Assembly: GCA_033763255.1 (NCBI GenBank)
Contig: JANRKX010000083.1
Span: 19,061-83,060 of the forward strand
Length of the DNA stretch: 64,000 nucleotides
Origin: Acidobacteriota bacterium
Lineage (GTDB): Bacteria; Acidobacteriota; Blastocatellia; RBC074
Direction: 5' to 3'
This document shows, in pieces, positions 50,538 to 60,433 of the stretch; the stretch's first letter is position 1, and the number at the start of each line of letters is the position of its first letter. The position numbers were made by a program, and so were the translations under genes. The notes under the pieces are model-generated. The model was not told where the DNA came from. It ran no database searches and worked only from the letters and a program-made list of their open reading frames with translations.

Positions 50538-52838
50538 ATGAAGATTCTACGCTTAGGCCAGTTTTTTTCCATTGTCGTGTTGATGATGGCGTTTGTTGCT
50601 TTGACCGCCATCCATTCCGGGACGGCGCAATCTCAACCCAAAGGCTCTCAAAAACAGCAAGACCCAAACACGCTGAGAATCGAAACCGAACTGGTACAGA
50701 TTGACGTGGTTGTCACTGACAAACAGGGCAAGCTGGTCAACGACCTGAAGCGCGAAGAATTCCAATTGCTCGAAGACGGCAAAACGCAAACCATCTCTCA
50801 TTTTTCTGTGGGCACAGCCACTCGCCAGGCCAACTGGCTAAGAACCGAACCGAAATCAGCAAACAAGACTGTTCCAGTTCCGGCAAACGTTCCGCCGCCG
50901 ACTGTGGACGCCGGTCGGTATCTGGTGCTGGCGGTGGACGACATCCATTTGAAACCCGGCAATATGATGTTAGCCAAACAAACGCTGACCAAATTCATTG
51001 ACCAACAACTGGGCGTCAGCGATCAGGTCGCATTGGTGACGACCAGTGGGCAGGTTGGCATGTTTGAACAGTTCACCACCAACCGTGAAGCTCTGCGCCG
51101 AGCCGTCAATCGGCTGGGCGTCAGTACCAGAACCGTCACCAACAATTTCGACGTTCCGCGCATCACGCCGTATCAAGCCGAACTGATTGACATGGGGGAT
51201 CAGGATGCGCTGGAACTTCCAGTTCAAGAGTTGATGGCCAAACTCAATATGGATCGTCGTCAAGCTACTGCCGAATCGCAAAATCGCGCGCGGATGATTA
51301 TTCAGGAAAACCGCGCGCTGACGATGAGCACGCTTTCCACCATTGAAAACATCGTCAAAGGATTGCGCGATTTGCCGGGGCGAAAAGTTCTGGTGTTGCT
51401 GTCCGATGGTTTTTTGCTTGGCGGACAGCGCGAAGGCGTTCATTACGATTTGCGCCGCATCACCGACGCCGCCACGCGCGCCGGTGTCGTTATTTATTCG
51501 ATTGACGCTCGCGGATTGGTGGCGATGCCGGACACGATGGACGCTTCATCGCCGGGCTTTTTCGGAACCGGGCGTCTGGCCGGCGTGCGAATGCAGATTG
51601 AAAATAGTTCCATACAGGCCGAACGTGACGGCATGTTCGCACTGGCCGAAGACACCGGCGGCAAGGCAATTTTCAACAACAACGATTTGAATCTGGGGCT
51701 GCAACAGGTGATGAACGACACGGAAAGTTATTACCTGTTGGCTTTTGAACCGAACGTGTCTTACCGCGATGGGCGGTTTCGCAAACTGGAAGTTCGTGTC
51801 ACGCGACCGGGTTTGAAAGTCCGAACCAGAAAAGGATACTTCGCGCCCGACGACAAAGCAGCCGAAAAAGCCGAACGCGATCTGGCCAAAGCTGCTGAAA
51901 AAGACAAACAGAAAACTCCTGAAAAGCTGGCCGCCGAAGCCAGAACCGCCGCCAATAAACAGATCGTCAGCGGGCTGAGTTCGCTGTTCAAACGCCGCGA
52001 AGTTCCGATTGAAACCGCCGTCACCTTCCTGAACATGCCACCGCAGGGAGTTCAAACCGACATCGTGGCACACATCGAAACCTACACGATCCGGTTCAAA
52101 CAAACCGGCGACCGGCATCTGGCCAAGCTGGAACTGATCGGTGTGGTGTACAGGGACAACGGCAAGGAAGAGACAAACTTTGTTGATACGTTGAACATGA
52201 ATTTGCGACCGAGTTCGCACGAAGTGGCGCTGAAAAACGGAATCACTTACACCAAACGATTGGCCTTGAAGCCGGGCTTTTACCAGCTCCGCATGGTGGC
52301 GCGCGACGACGCCGGAGCGCAGCTAGGCACGGCATCCAACTGGTTCGAGGTTCCCGATCTGGCCAAAAAGCAGTTGACGTTGAGCAGCATTTTTTTTCCG
52401 CTGCCCGATCAGCAGGCGGAACAAATCGCCACGCCGAATCAACCCGCGACCAACGGCGAACGAAAAACTGACAATCAGGATTTGGCTCGCCCGGCTGTGG
52501 TGTATCGCCGATTCAAATCCGGCGGCACTTTCGATTTCATGGTCTTTGCGTACAACGCCAAATTGAACGACAAACACTCAACCGATCTGGCCATTCAAAC
52601 TCAGGTTTATTCCGGCAATAACCTGATTGTCGCCACGCCGCTGAAAAACTTTCAGACCGAAACCGAATCGGGCGTTCAGCGAACCGCTCAGCCAACTTTC
52701 CCAGAAACCGGCTTGCCTTATATGGCCAGGTTTTCGCTGGATAAATTTACGCCGGGCGAATACGAATTGCGGCTGGTGGTCATTGATCGCAATTCCAAAA
52801 CCAGCGCCAAACGCTCTATCAACTTTACCGTTGAATAA
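50538..52838 (+). CDS. VWFA-related Acidobacterial domain protein (TIGR03436-like), secreted
   Basis: Signal peptide; LVQIDVVVTDKQG, LPGRKVLVLLSDGF, IYSIDARGL, LAEDTGG, YYLLAF, VRTRKGY. Confidence 0.85.
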   Translation: MKILRLGQFFSIVVLMMAFVALTAIHSGTAQSQPKGSQKQQDPNTLRIETELVQIDVVVTDKQGKLVNDLKREEFQLLEDGKTQTISHFSVGTATRQANWLRTEPKSANKTVPVPANVPPPTVDAGRYLVLAVDDIHLKPGNMMLAKQTLTKFIDQQLGVSDQVALVTTSGQVGMFEQFTTNREALRRAVNRLGVSTRTVTNNFDVPRITPYQAELIDMGDQDALELPVQELMAKLNMDRRQATAESQNRARMIIQENRALTMSTLSTIENIVKGLRDLPGRKVLVLLSDGFLLGGQREGVHYDLRRITDAATRAGVVIYSIDARGLVAMPDTMDASSPGFFGTGRLAGVRMQIENSSIQAERDGMFALAEDTGGKAIFNNNDLNLGLQQVMNDTESYYLLAFEPNVSYRDGRFRKLEVRVTRPGLKVRTRKGYFAPDDKAAEKAERDLAKAAEKDKQKTPEKLAAEARTAANKQIVSGLSSLFKRREVPIETAVTFLNMPPQGVQTDIVAHIETYTIRFKQTGDRHLAKLELIGVVYRDNGKEETNFVDTLNMNLRPSSHEVALKNGITYTKRLALKPGFYQLRMVARDDAGAQLGTASNWFEVPDLAKKQLTLSSIFFPLPDQQAEQIATPNQPATNGERKTDNQDLARPAVVYRRFKSGGTFDFMVFAYNAKLNDKHSTDLAIQTQVYSGNNLIVATPLKNFQTETESGVQRTAQPTFPETGLPYMARFSLDKFTPGEYELRLVVIDRNSKTSAKRSINFTVE

Positions 52839-52895
52839 GCGTAAAATGCCGCACGAGTCGTCCCAACCCAATTCATGCCGGAGTGATCAAGCCGT

Positions 52896-55238
52896 ATGCT
52901 GACGCACACCCATACTTTTTCGCCGCTGAAAAGTTTATTGCTGGCGACTCTGTTGTGTTTGGCCGCCGCCGCTCAAAACCCTCAACCGCAACAAGCGAAA
53001 CCGGCTTCCTCAAAAGATCAGGACACGTTACGGATCGAAACCGAACTGGTGCAGATTGACCTGATTGTCGCTGACAAACAGGGCAAACCGGTTCACGATC
53101 TGAAACGCGAAGATTTCGAATTGTACGAAGACGGCAAAAAACAAACGTTGACTCACTTTGCAGTCGGTACTGCCAAACAGCCAGCTCAATGGTTGTCGGC
53201 GGAGAAAAAACGCCCGACGAATTCACCGTCCGGCGAACCGGCGACCACGACCGAATCAGCGGGGCGGCACATTGTGCTGGCGGTGGATGATTACCATCTT
53301 TCGCCCGGCAATCTGGGGTACGTCAAACGCGCGTTGACCAAATTCATCACCGAACAAATGGTCGGCGGCGACCAGATCGCCGTCGTCACCACCAGCGGCA
53401 ACGTGGGCTTGTTTCAACAATTCACCGGCGAGCGCGACGTTTTGATGCGCGCCATTAATCGGTTGACCGTGCAGGAAAAAAACATCGTTGATTCCAACAG
53501 CATTCCGCGCATCACCGAACATCAGGCGGAGTTGATCGAATTCGGCGACCGCGAAGCTCTGGAGTTGGCCATCAGCGATCTGATGCGGCGCGAAGGTTCG
53601 TTTGCCGCTCAAACTGGCCAAACCGGGGCGCAAGCCAGACAAGGCAACCAGTCGCGGCAAAGCGGTCAAGCCAGTCAGAATCAAGCGGCGCAAACCGCTG
53701 CGGCTTTGCGTGAAATGACGGAAGGCAGGGTAAAAAGTCAGGCGCGAATGATTTTGTCCATGAGCGGCAATTATACGCAGGCGACGTTGAATACTTTGGA
53801 AAACGTCATTCGCAATCTGCGTTCGTTGGCCGGACGCAAAATGATGATCTTGTTGTCGGACGGTTTTTTCATCGGCGGCAATAGCATTCATTCAAAACTG
53901 TACGACATTCGCCGCCTGACCGACGCCGCAACACGGGCCGGAGTCGTCATTTATTCGATTGATGCTCGTGGTTTGGTGGCCGTCAATTTGAGCGGCGACG
54001 CTTCTTCGCAAACGGAAATTGACCCAACTTTGATTGGCGCTCAATCCCGCATCGAAATGTCCGCCATTGCCGCCAAACGTGACGGACTGGGTTTGCTGGC
54101 CGAAGAAACCGGCGGAAGTTTGTTTTTCAACAGCAACGATTTGAACCTGGGATTGCAGCGTGTGCTGGACGCCAACGAAGTGTATTACGTGCTGGCTTAT
54201 GAACCGCTGGAATCTCGCCGTGATGGGCGCTTTCACAAAATCGAAGTTCGCATTGCCAATCGTCCGGAACTGAAAGTCCGCACTCGCAACGGATACTTTT
54301 CGCCGGACGACAAACTCGCCAAAGCCGAAAAGAAAACCGAAGAAAAGCGCCAGGAAAAATTGAAAAGTTTGCCGCCGGAAAAACTGACTCAGGAATTGAA
54401 GGCCGAAAAAGACAAACAGATGATTGCCGGAATCGGTTCTCTGTTTCCGCTCAAAGACATTCCGGTTGAAATGGCAGTGGATTTTATTGACCTGACAGAC
54501 GGTTCGGGCGCAATCATCAACACTCATATCGAAGCCGCCAACCTGAGCTTTGAAGAAGTCAAAGGTCGCCAACAAAGCGTCGTTGAAATGACAGGCATGC
54601 TGTTTGACGAACGCGGCAAAGTGGCAACCAGTTTCAGCGAGCGCATCAACATCAACGTCAAGCCGGAAAACCTGGATCGAATCGTTCGCCACGGATTCAA
54701 TTACCGAACGCTGACAGCTTTGAAACCGGGTTTCTATCAAACTCGGCTGGCCGTCCGCGAAGAAAAGACTGGACGATTGGGCAGTGCCAATGGCTGGGTG
54801 GAAATTCCGGATGTCAAAAACAAACAACTGATGCTGAGCGGCATTTTGCTTTCCGACGCTGGCAACGAAGCTCTGCAAAACGTGACGAACACGGCCAACC
54901 AAAACGAAGGTTACGCACCTCGCCCATCATCAGCATCGCGGCGATTCAAATCGGGCGGCGACGTGGATTTTTTGTTTTTCACCTACAACGCCAAAATTGA
55001 AAAAAACACGGTTGACCTGGTCAGCCAGACGCAACTCTTCAGCGGCAGCAAACTGGTTTACGCTTCGCCAATCGTCAAAATGGCTGTGCCTGCCGAAAGC
55101 AACCTGCAACGTGTGCCGTATGCCGCTCGCACTTCGCTGAAAGGCTTCGCGCCCGGACAGTATGAATTGCGTTTGATGGTAATTGACCGCCTGACAAAAG
55201 CGACGGCTTATCGGCGGGTGAATTTCACGGTTGAGTAA
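52896..55238 (+). CDS. VWFA-related Acidobacterial domain protein, tandem paralog
   Basis: Same motifs as the preceding gene across the full length; both end NFTVE. Confidence 0.85.
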   Translation: MLTHTHTFSPLKSLLLATLLCLAAAAQNPQPQQAKPASSKDQDTLRIETELVQIDLIVADKQGKPVHDLKREDFELYEDGKKQTLTHFAVGTAKQPAQWLSAEKKRPTNSPSGEPATTTESAGRHIVLAVDDYHLSPGNLGYVKRALTKFITEQMVGGDQIAVVTTSGNVGLFQQFTGERDVLMRAINRLTVQEKNIVDSNSIPRITEHQAELIEFGDREALELAISDLMRREGSFAAQTGQTGAQARQGNQSRQSGQASQNQAAQTAAALREMTEGRVKSQARMILSMSGNYTQATLNTLENVIRNLRSLAGRKMMILLSDGFFIGGNSIHSKLYDIRRLTDAATRAGVVIYSIDARGLVAVNLSGDASSQTEIDPTLIGAQSRIEMSAIAAKRDGLGLLAEETGGSLFFNSNDLNLGLQRVLDANEVYYVLAYEPLESRRDGRFHKIEVRIANRPELKVRTRNGYFSPDDKLAKAEKKTEEKRQEKLKSLPPEKLTQELKAEKDKQMIAGIGSLFPLKDIPVEMAVDFIDLTDGSGAIINTHIEAANLSFEEVKGRQQSVVEMTGMLFDERGKVATSFSERININVKPENLDRIVRHGFNYRTLTALKPGFYQTRLAVREEKTGRLGSANGWVEIPDVKNKQLMLSGILLSDAGNEALQNVTNTANQNEGYAPRPSSASRRFKSGGDVDFLFFTYNAKIEKNTVDLVSQTQLFSGSKLVYASPIVKMAVPAESNLQRVPYAARTSLKGFAPGQYELRLMVIDRLTKATAYRRVNFTVE

Positions 55239-55246
55239 GCTCTTGC

Positions 55247-56266
<1,020 letters not shown>

Positions 56267-56290
56267 TTGTTCAATCTCTCTCTTGCTACA

Positions 56291-57223
56291 TTAACGAATC
56301 ATTTTGATCATTTGCTCGATGGTACGTGGTGGCTTTGTTGCGTGAATAACAGCATGGCAGTTTGGGCAAACGGGGCGAAGGTCTTTTATTGGATCAACTT
56401 GATAACGTTCTCCAATTTCGGACAGTGGAATAATGTGGTGTACGTGAATGATCCCTGCCGCCTCTGTGCCATAACGTTTATCGAAGGAAAAGCCGCAGAT
56501 ATAACAACGCGCGCCATAATGTCTTATACAGATTTGCCGGGCACGACGATCTCTTTCGTATGCATTGACCAAAATTTGCCTGACTGCTCCCTCGATAATA
56601 GGTTCATTGTCTGGAAGTTCTTCAGCTATCAACGGTTGGGGATTCTCCTCAAGCGTATCTAAATACAAAGGTTGAGGAAGCGTTCTGCTTAGTTCCTTCG
56701 CCATGAATTGAACCAGCACTGCTGAATGGGTAGAGCGCGTAGAAGGGTGTTTGGGTTTCTTTGCCGCTCTAGAAATGATCTCAGTGTGAGAACTCAACAA
56801 CTCTTTATAAGCCTGGCTCACCATGTCAAAAGGCATATCACAAGCTTCTGATCCAGGGTTGGATTTGTAAAACCCGATTTCAGTTGGTGTTTCGTAGCTT
56901 TCATTATTGTCAGAGAAGCGAAGTCCAGAGCGGCTGCGCAATTGAGAAGGGACAGTAGTTTTATCAACGATGAGGTGAAATGGTAAACCCCAGTCGCCAA
57001 CCTGGAGAACTTCGTGTGAGCCAACTTTCAACATGATGTCTTCGGCTCCGAGTCGTAAGCCCCAGCGGTCTGGCCCATATTGATGGGCAAGCTCAATTGA
57101 TGATCCCAACGCTTCTGACACATCTTTCCAGAACTGCCTTGGTACGATCCGACGAAATACATCTTCTGGATCATATATTGATTGGTATGAACGAATAGAT
57201 TTATCAGGATTCGTTTTAGACAT
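56291..57223 (-). CDS. HNH endonuclease (McrA-like C-terminal domain) with unknown N-terminal domain
   Basis: YERDRRAR..C..HYG..CYIC, IHVHHIIPLS, DLRPVCPNCHAVIH; visibly AT-richer than flanks. Confidence 0.85.
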   Translation of the reverse strand: MSKTNPDKSIRSYQSIYDPEDVFRRIVPRQFWKDVSEALGSSIELAHQYGPDRWGLRLGAEDIMLKVGSHEVLQVGDWGLPFHLIVDKTTVPSQLRSRSGLRFSDNNESYETPTEIGFYKSNPGSEACDMPFDMVSQAYKELLSSHTEIISRAAKKPKHPSTRSTHSAVLVQFMAKELSRTLPQPLYLDTLEENPQPLIAEELPDNEPIIEGAVRQILVNAYERDRRARQICIRHYGARCYICGFSFDKRYGTEAAGIIHVHHIIPLSEIGERYQVDPIKDLRPVCPNCHAVIHATKPPRTIEQMIKMIR

Positions 57224-57286
57224 AATTGCAAGCTCTACGAAACCCTCGATAGTTGAGCTTCAGGCGAGCAAAATTGCCAACTTGCG

Positions 57287-57484
57287 TTAACGGTCTGCGG
57301 CAAACGCCAGACAGTCGCGAATGTCTTCCAGAGTCAGATCAGGAAATTCATCTACAATTCCTTCCGGCGTCATTCCGCCTGCCAGATATTCCAGTACGTC
57401 CGTCACCGTCATCCGCATGCCGCGAATGCAGGGTTTGCCGCTGCGTTTGCCGGGTTCAACAGTGATGATCTTCGAGTAATCCAT
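57287..57484 (-). CDS. DUF433-family antitoxin-like protein, possibly shortened by a premature TAA
   Basis: IITVEPGKRSGKPCIRGMR, DEFPDLTLEDIRDCLAFAA; frame continues *RKLAILLA to TGA 57260. Confidence 0.8.
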   Translation of the reverse strand: MDYSKIITVEPGKRSGKPCIRGMRMTVTDVLEYLAGGMTPEGIVDEFPDLTLEDIRDCLAFAADR

Positions 57485-57499
57485 AATAACCTCTTGAAG

Positions 57500-57718
57500 T
57501 CATAATCCCATCGGGTAATGCTGCTCTTCGAAGTCTTCGATCAGTTTGACCAGCAAATCGAAAAGCTTCGCTTCTTCCAGTGAAAGTTCGCGGCGCATCA
57601 TTGGCTCGACGATGGCAAGCAACCGTTCGTTTTCAGCTTCAGTTTCAATCACTACTGGCATCGCCTCTGCCACCAGTTTGCGATATTTCGCAGAATCGAA
57701 CTGAACTGCGTTCAGCAT
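57500..57718 (-). CDS. HigA-like antitoxin N-terminal fragment lacking HTH
   Basis: PVVIETEAENERLL...LFDLLVKLIEDFEEQHYPM resembles the N-half of HigA-type regulators; stops before any HTH. Confidence 0.6.
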   Translation of the reverse strand: MLNAVQFDSAKYRKLVAEAMPVVIETEAENERLLAIVEPMMRRELSLEEAKLFDLLVKLIEDFEEQHYPMGL

Positions 57719-57731
57719 AAAGCCCCCCATT

Positions 57732-60029
57732 TCACTCGCCGCGCGCACCAGGCGGGAGCTTTTCATTCAAAAACCGCGTCAGCAAGCCGTACAGATGTCG
57801 CGTTGTGCCGGGGCCTTCGTAAATGCCGTGCGAGCGGTTCGGATATGCCATCATCGTGAATTGTTTGTTGGCAGCAATCAGCGCGTTGATCAGCGCTTCG
57901 CTGCCTTGATAGTGGACGTTGTCGTCGCCCGTGCCGTGGACGAGCAGCAGTTGGCCTTGCAACTGGCTGGCGAAAGTGATCGGCGAGCTTTGTTTGTATT
58001 CGTCGGGATGATCTTGTGGCAGAGCGCAGTACCGTTCCTGGTAAATCGTGTCGTAATAACGAATGTCCGGCACGGGCGCGACTGACATTCCGACTTTGTA
58101 CACGTCTGGGTAACGGAACATCGCGTTCAGCGTCGAAGAACCGCCGCCGCTCCAGCCCCAGATGCCGATGCGCGCGGCGTCCACGAACGGCCATTTTGAA
58201 ATCACGCGCGCGGCGTTGGCTTGATCCGACGAATTGCGAATGCCCATCTGGCGATAAATGCTCTTGCGCCAGGCGCGTCCGCGCGGAGCCGGAGTGCCGC
58301 GATTGTCCACACTCACGACCAGATATCCCTGCTGCGCCAGCATCCGATGCCACATTGCCTGACCGCCGCTCCACGAATCCAACACAGTCTGTCCCCAGGG
58401 TTCGCCGTAAACGTGAAACAACACCGGATACTTTTTCGTCGCATCAAAGCCCGGCGGCTTCATCATCCAGCCGTCCAATTCAACACCTTCTTCAATCTTC
58501 ACTTTGAAGAATTCCTGCGTGACAGGTTTCAGCTTGGTAATGCGTTCGGTCAGTTCCTTGTTGTCGAACATCGTACGCACAACGGTGTGCTGCGGAAGGC
58601 GAACCACATCGGTGACGGGAGCTTTGTTGGCGCTGGAATAAGTGTGAATCGCCAGATCGCCGCGCGGAGAAATTGTGTAAGTGTGCGTGCCGGGTTGAGT
58701 CGCTGGCGACAGACGTTCGGCCTTGCCGCCTTCCAGTCGCACTCGGAACAGGTATTTTTGCGTCGCGTTTTCAGGCGAAGCGGAAAAGTAAAGCCAGCCG
58801 TTTGCCACGTCTGACAGTTCGACGCCGATCAAATCGTAATTGCCGGGCGTGATGCATTTGACGTCGGAACCGTCGCGCGAAATCGAGTAAACGTGCCGCC
58901 ATCCGTCGCGTTCGCTGACCCACAGAAACCGCTTGCCGCCTTCGATCCATTCCACATCGCCGCGAGCCAGTCCGCGCCGATCCCAATCAATCGCGCCCCA
59001 CGAGACATCTACCCAGGCGTCGTCTTTTTCAGTCAGCACCGTGCGGACTTTGCCGGTGCGAACATCGCCCAGCATGACGGTGTTGGTGTTCTGCAACCGG
59101 TTGAGTTGTTGAATCAAGACTTCGTTGGAATTGGCTGCCCATTCCATTCGCGGCAAATAATTGTTGCGCGCATCGCCGGGAACCTGGAACCACTGCGTTT
59201 TGCCGCCTTCGGCGCTGACGACTCCAACACGCGCGGCAGAATTCATCTCGCCAGCTTTCGGATAAGGGAAGGTGATGATCTTCGGGTAAAGCTCGGCAGT
59301 GTTGTTGATCATCTTGAACTCTTTGACGCCCGAAGCGTCCAGTTGCCAATACGCGATTTGCTTGCCGTCAGGCGACCACTGGAAACCGTCACGGCAAAAC
59401 AACTCTTCTTCGTAAACCCAATCGAAGGTTCCGTTGACCGTGTACTGCGCGCCGTCAGTTGTCAGTTGTGTGATGCGCCCATCTGCCAGCGATTCCACGT
59501 AAATGTTGTTTTCGCGCACGTAACCAACTCGCGTAGCGTCTGGCGAAAACTTGGCGAACATCAATGTCGAAGCTTTCGCTGTGCCGCCCAGCCTTTGCAG
59601 TTTCTTCGTTGTCAGATCGAAGACCCAATAATCGCCGCGCGTGTTCGACCGCCAGACGCGCTCGGAGTTGGTGAAGATCAACAGCCGTTTGTTGTCGGCG
59701 CTAAGCGTGAATTCTTCGATCACCAGCGGCGATTGCGCCCCCGCCGGAGTCAAACTCTGCGCCGAAACAAAGATCGTTCGCGCTCCCGAAGCTGCGTCGT
59801 ACCGAACCAAATCCAAGGCGTCTTTGTTGGCGGCAGAAGCTTCCAGCATCAAATAACCGCTGCCGTCCGCTTGCCATTGATGCCAGCCGACCGATTTCGC
59901 GCTGTAACTGAAGATTGTGTCCAGCGTCAGCAGGCTTTGATCCGTTTGCCGGGCTGCCTGCTGCGCGAACAGCGAAGAAGTCAGCAACAAGGCGACGAAA
60001 ATGATCTGAATGCGTCGAAAGCGTCTCAT
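57732..60029 (-). CDS. S9B dipeptidyl-peptidase IV family peptidase
   Basis: Signal peptide, DWVYEEE, GWSGGG, HGTGDDNVH, H of triad in RSHGI. Confidence 0.92.
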   Translation of the reverse strand: MRRFRRIQIIFVALLLTSSLFAQQAARQTDQSLLTLDTIFSYSAKSVGWHQWQADGSGYLMLEASAANKDALDLVRYDAASGARTIFVSAQSLTPAGAQSPLVIEEFTLSADNKRLLIFTNSERVWRSNTRGDYWVFDLTTKKLQRLGGTAKASTLMFAKFSPDATRVGYVRENNIYVESLADGRITQLTTDGAQYTVNGTFDWVYEEELFCRDGFQWSPDGKQIAYWQLDASGVKEFKMINNTAELYPKIITFPYPKAGEMNSAARVGVVSAEGGKTQWFQVPGDARNNYLPRMEWAANSNEVLIQQLNRLQNTNTVMLGDVRTGKVRTVLTEKDDAWVDVSWGAIDWDRRGLARGDVEWIEGGKRFLWVSERDGWRHVYSISRDGSDVKCITPGNYDLIGVELSDVANGWLYFSASPENATQKYLFRVRLEGGKAERLSPATQPGTHTYTISPRGDLAIHTYSSANKAPVTDVVRLPQHTVVRTMFDNKELTERITKLKPVTQEFFKVKIEEGVELDGWMMKPPGFDATKKYPVLFHVYGEPWGQTVLDSWSGGQAMWHRMLAQQGYLVVSVDNRGTPAPRGRAWRKSIYRQMGIRNSSDQANAARVISKWPFVDAARIGIWGWSGGGSSTLNAMFRYPDVYKVGMSVAPVPDIRYYDTIYQERYCALPQDHPDEYKQSSPITFASQLQGQLLLVHGTGDDNVHYQGSEALINALIAANKQFTMMAYPNRSHGIYEGPGTTRHLYGLLTRFLNEKLPPGARGE

Positions 60030-60049
60030 CGTTTTCTCTCCAATTGCGG

Positions 60050-60421
60050 TTAAGTGTGCGTCACCATCAGCGCGTATCCGTCCGGGTCAACCAGCCGGAA
60101 TTCTCCGTGCGGGGCGTAAAACGGTTTGGTAATCGAACTCGGATTCAATCCGGCTGCCGTCAACTCAGCGTGAGTTTCTTCGACGTTGTCGGCGTACAGG
60201 TAAAACAGAATGGCTTGCTGTTCCGGGATGACTGGCTCGCTCGCCTTTGCAACCATCAAATCCGCGCCCGCCGAAGTCAGCCAGGCCCAGCTAGATTCGC
60301 TGTCGTCTGGCGGGGTGAAAGTATTGCCGACCGAAAAGCCCAGATGTTCGTAAAAAGCGATTGACCGCTGCACGTTGGCTACAAAAGCCATCGGCACAAG
60401 CCTTTTGATTTGAACTGCCAT
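60050..60421 (-). CDS. VOC/glyoxalase family protein
   Basis: RSIAFYEHLGF, EFRLVDPDGYALMV. Confidence 0.85.
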   Translation of the reverse strand: MAVQIKRLVPMAFVANVQRSIAFYEHLGFSVGNTFTPPDDSESSWAWLTSAGADLMVAKASEPVIPEQQAILFYLYADNVEETHAELTAAGLNPSSITKPFYAPHGEFRLVDPDGYALMVTHT

Positions 60422-60433
60422 AAAGCTTCCTTG

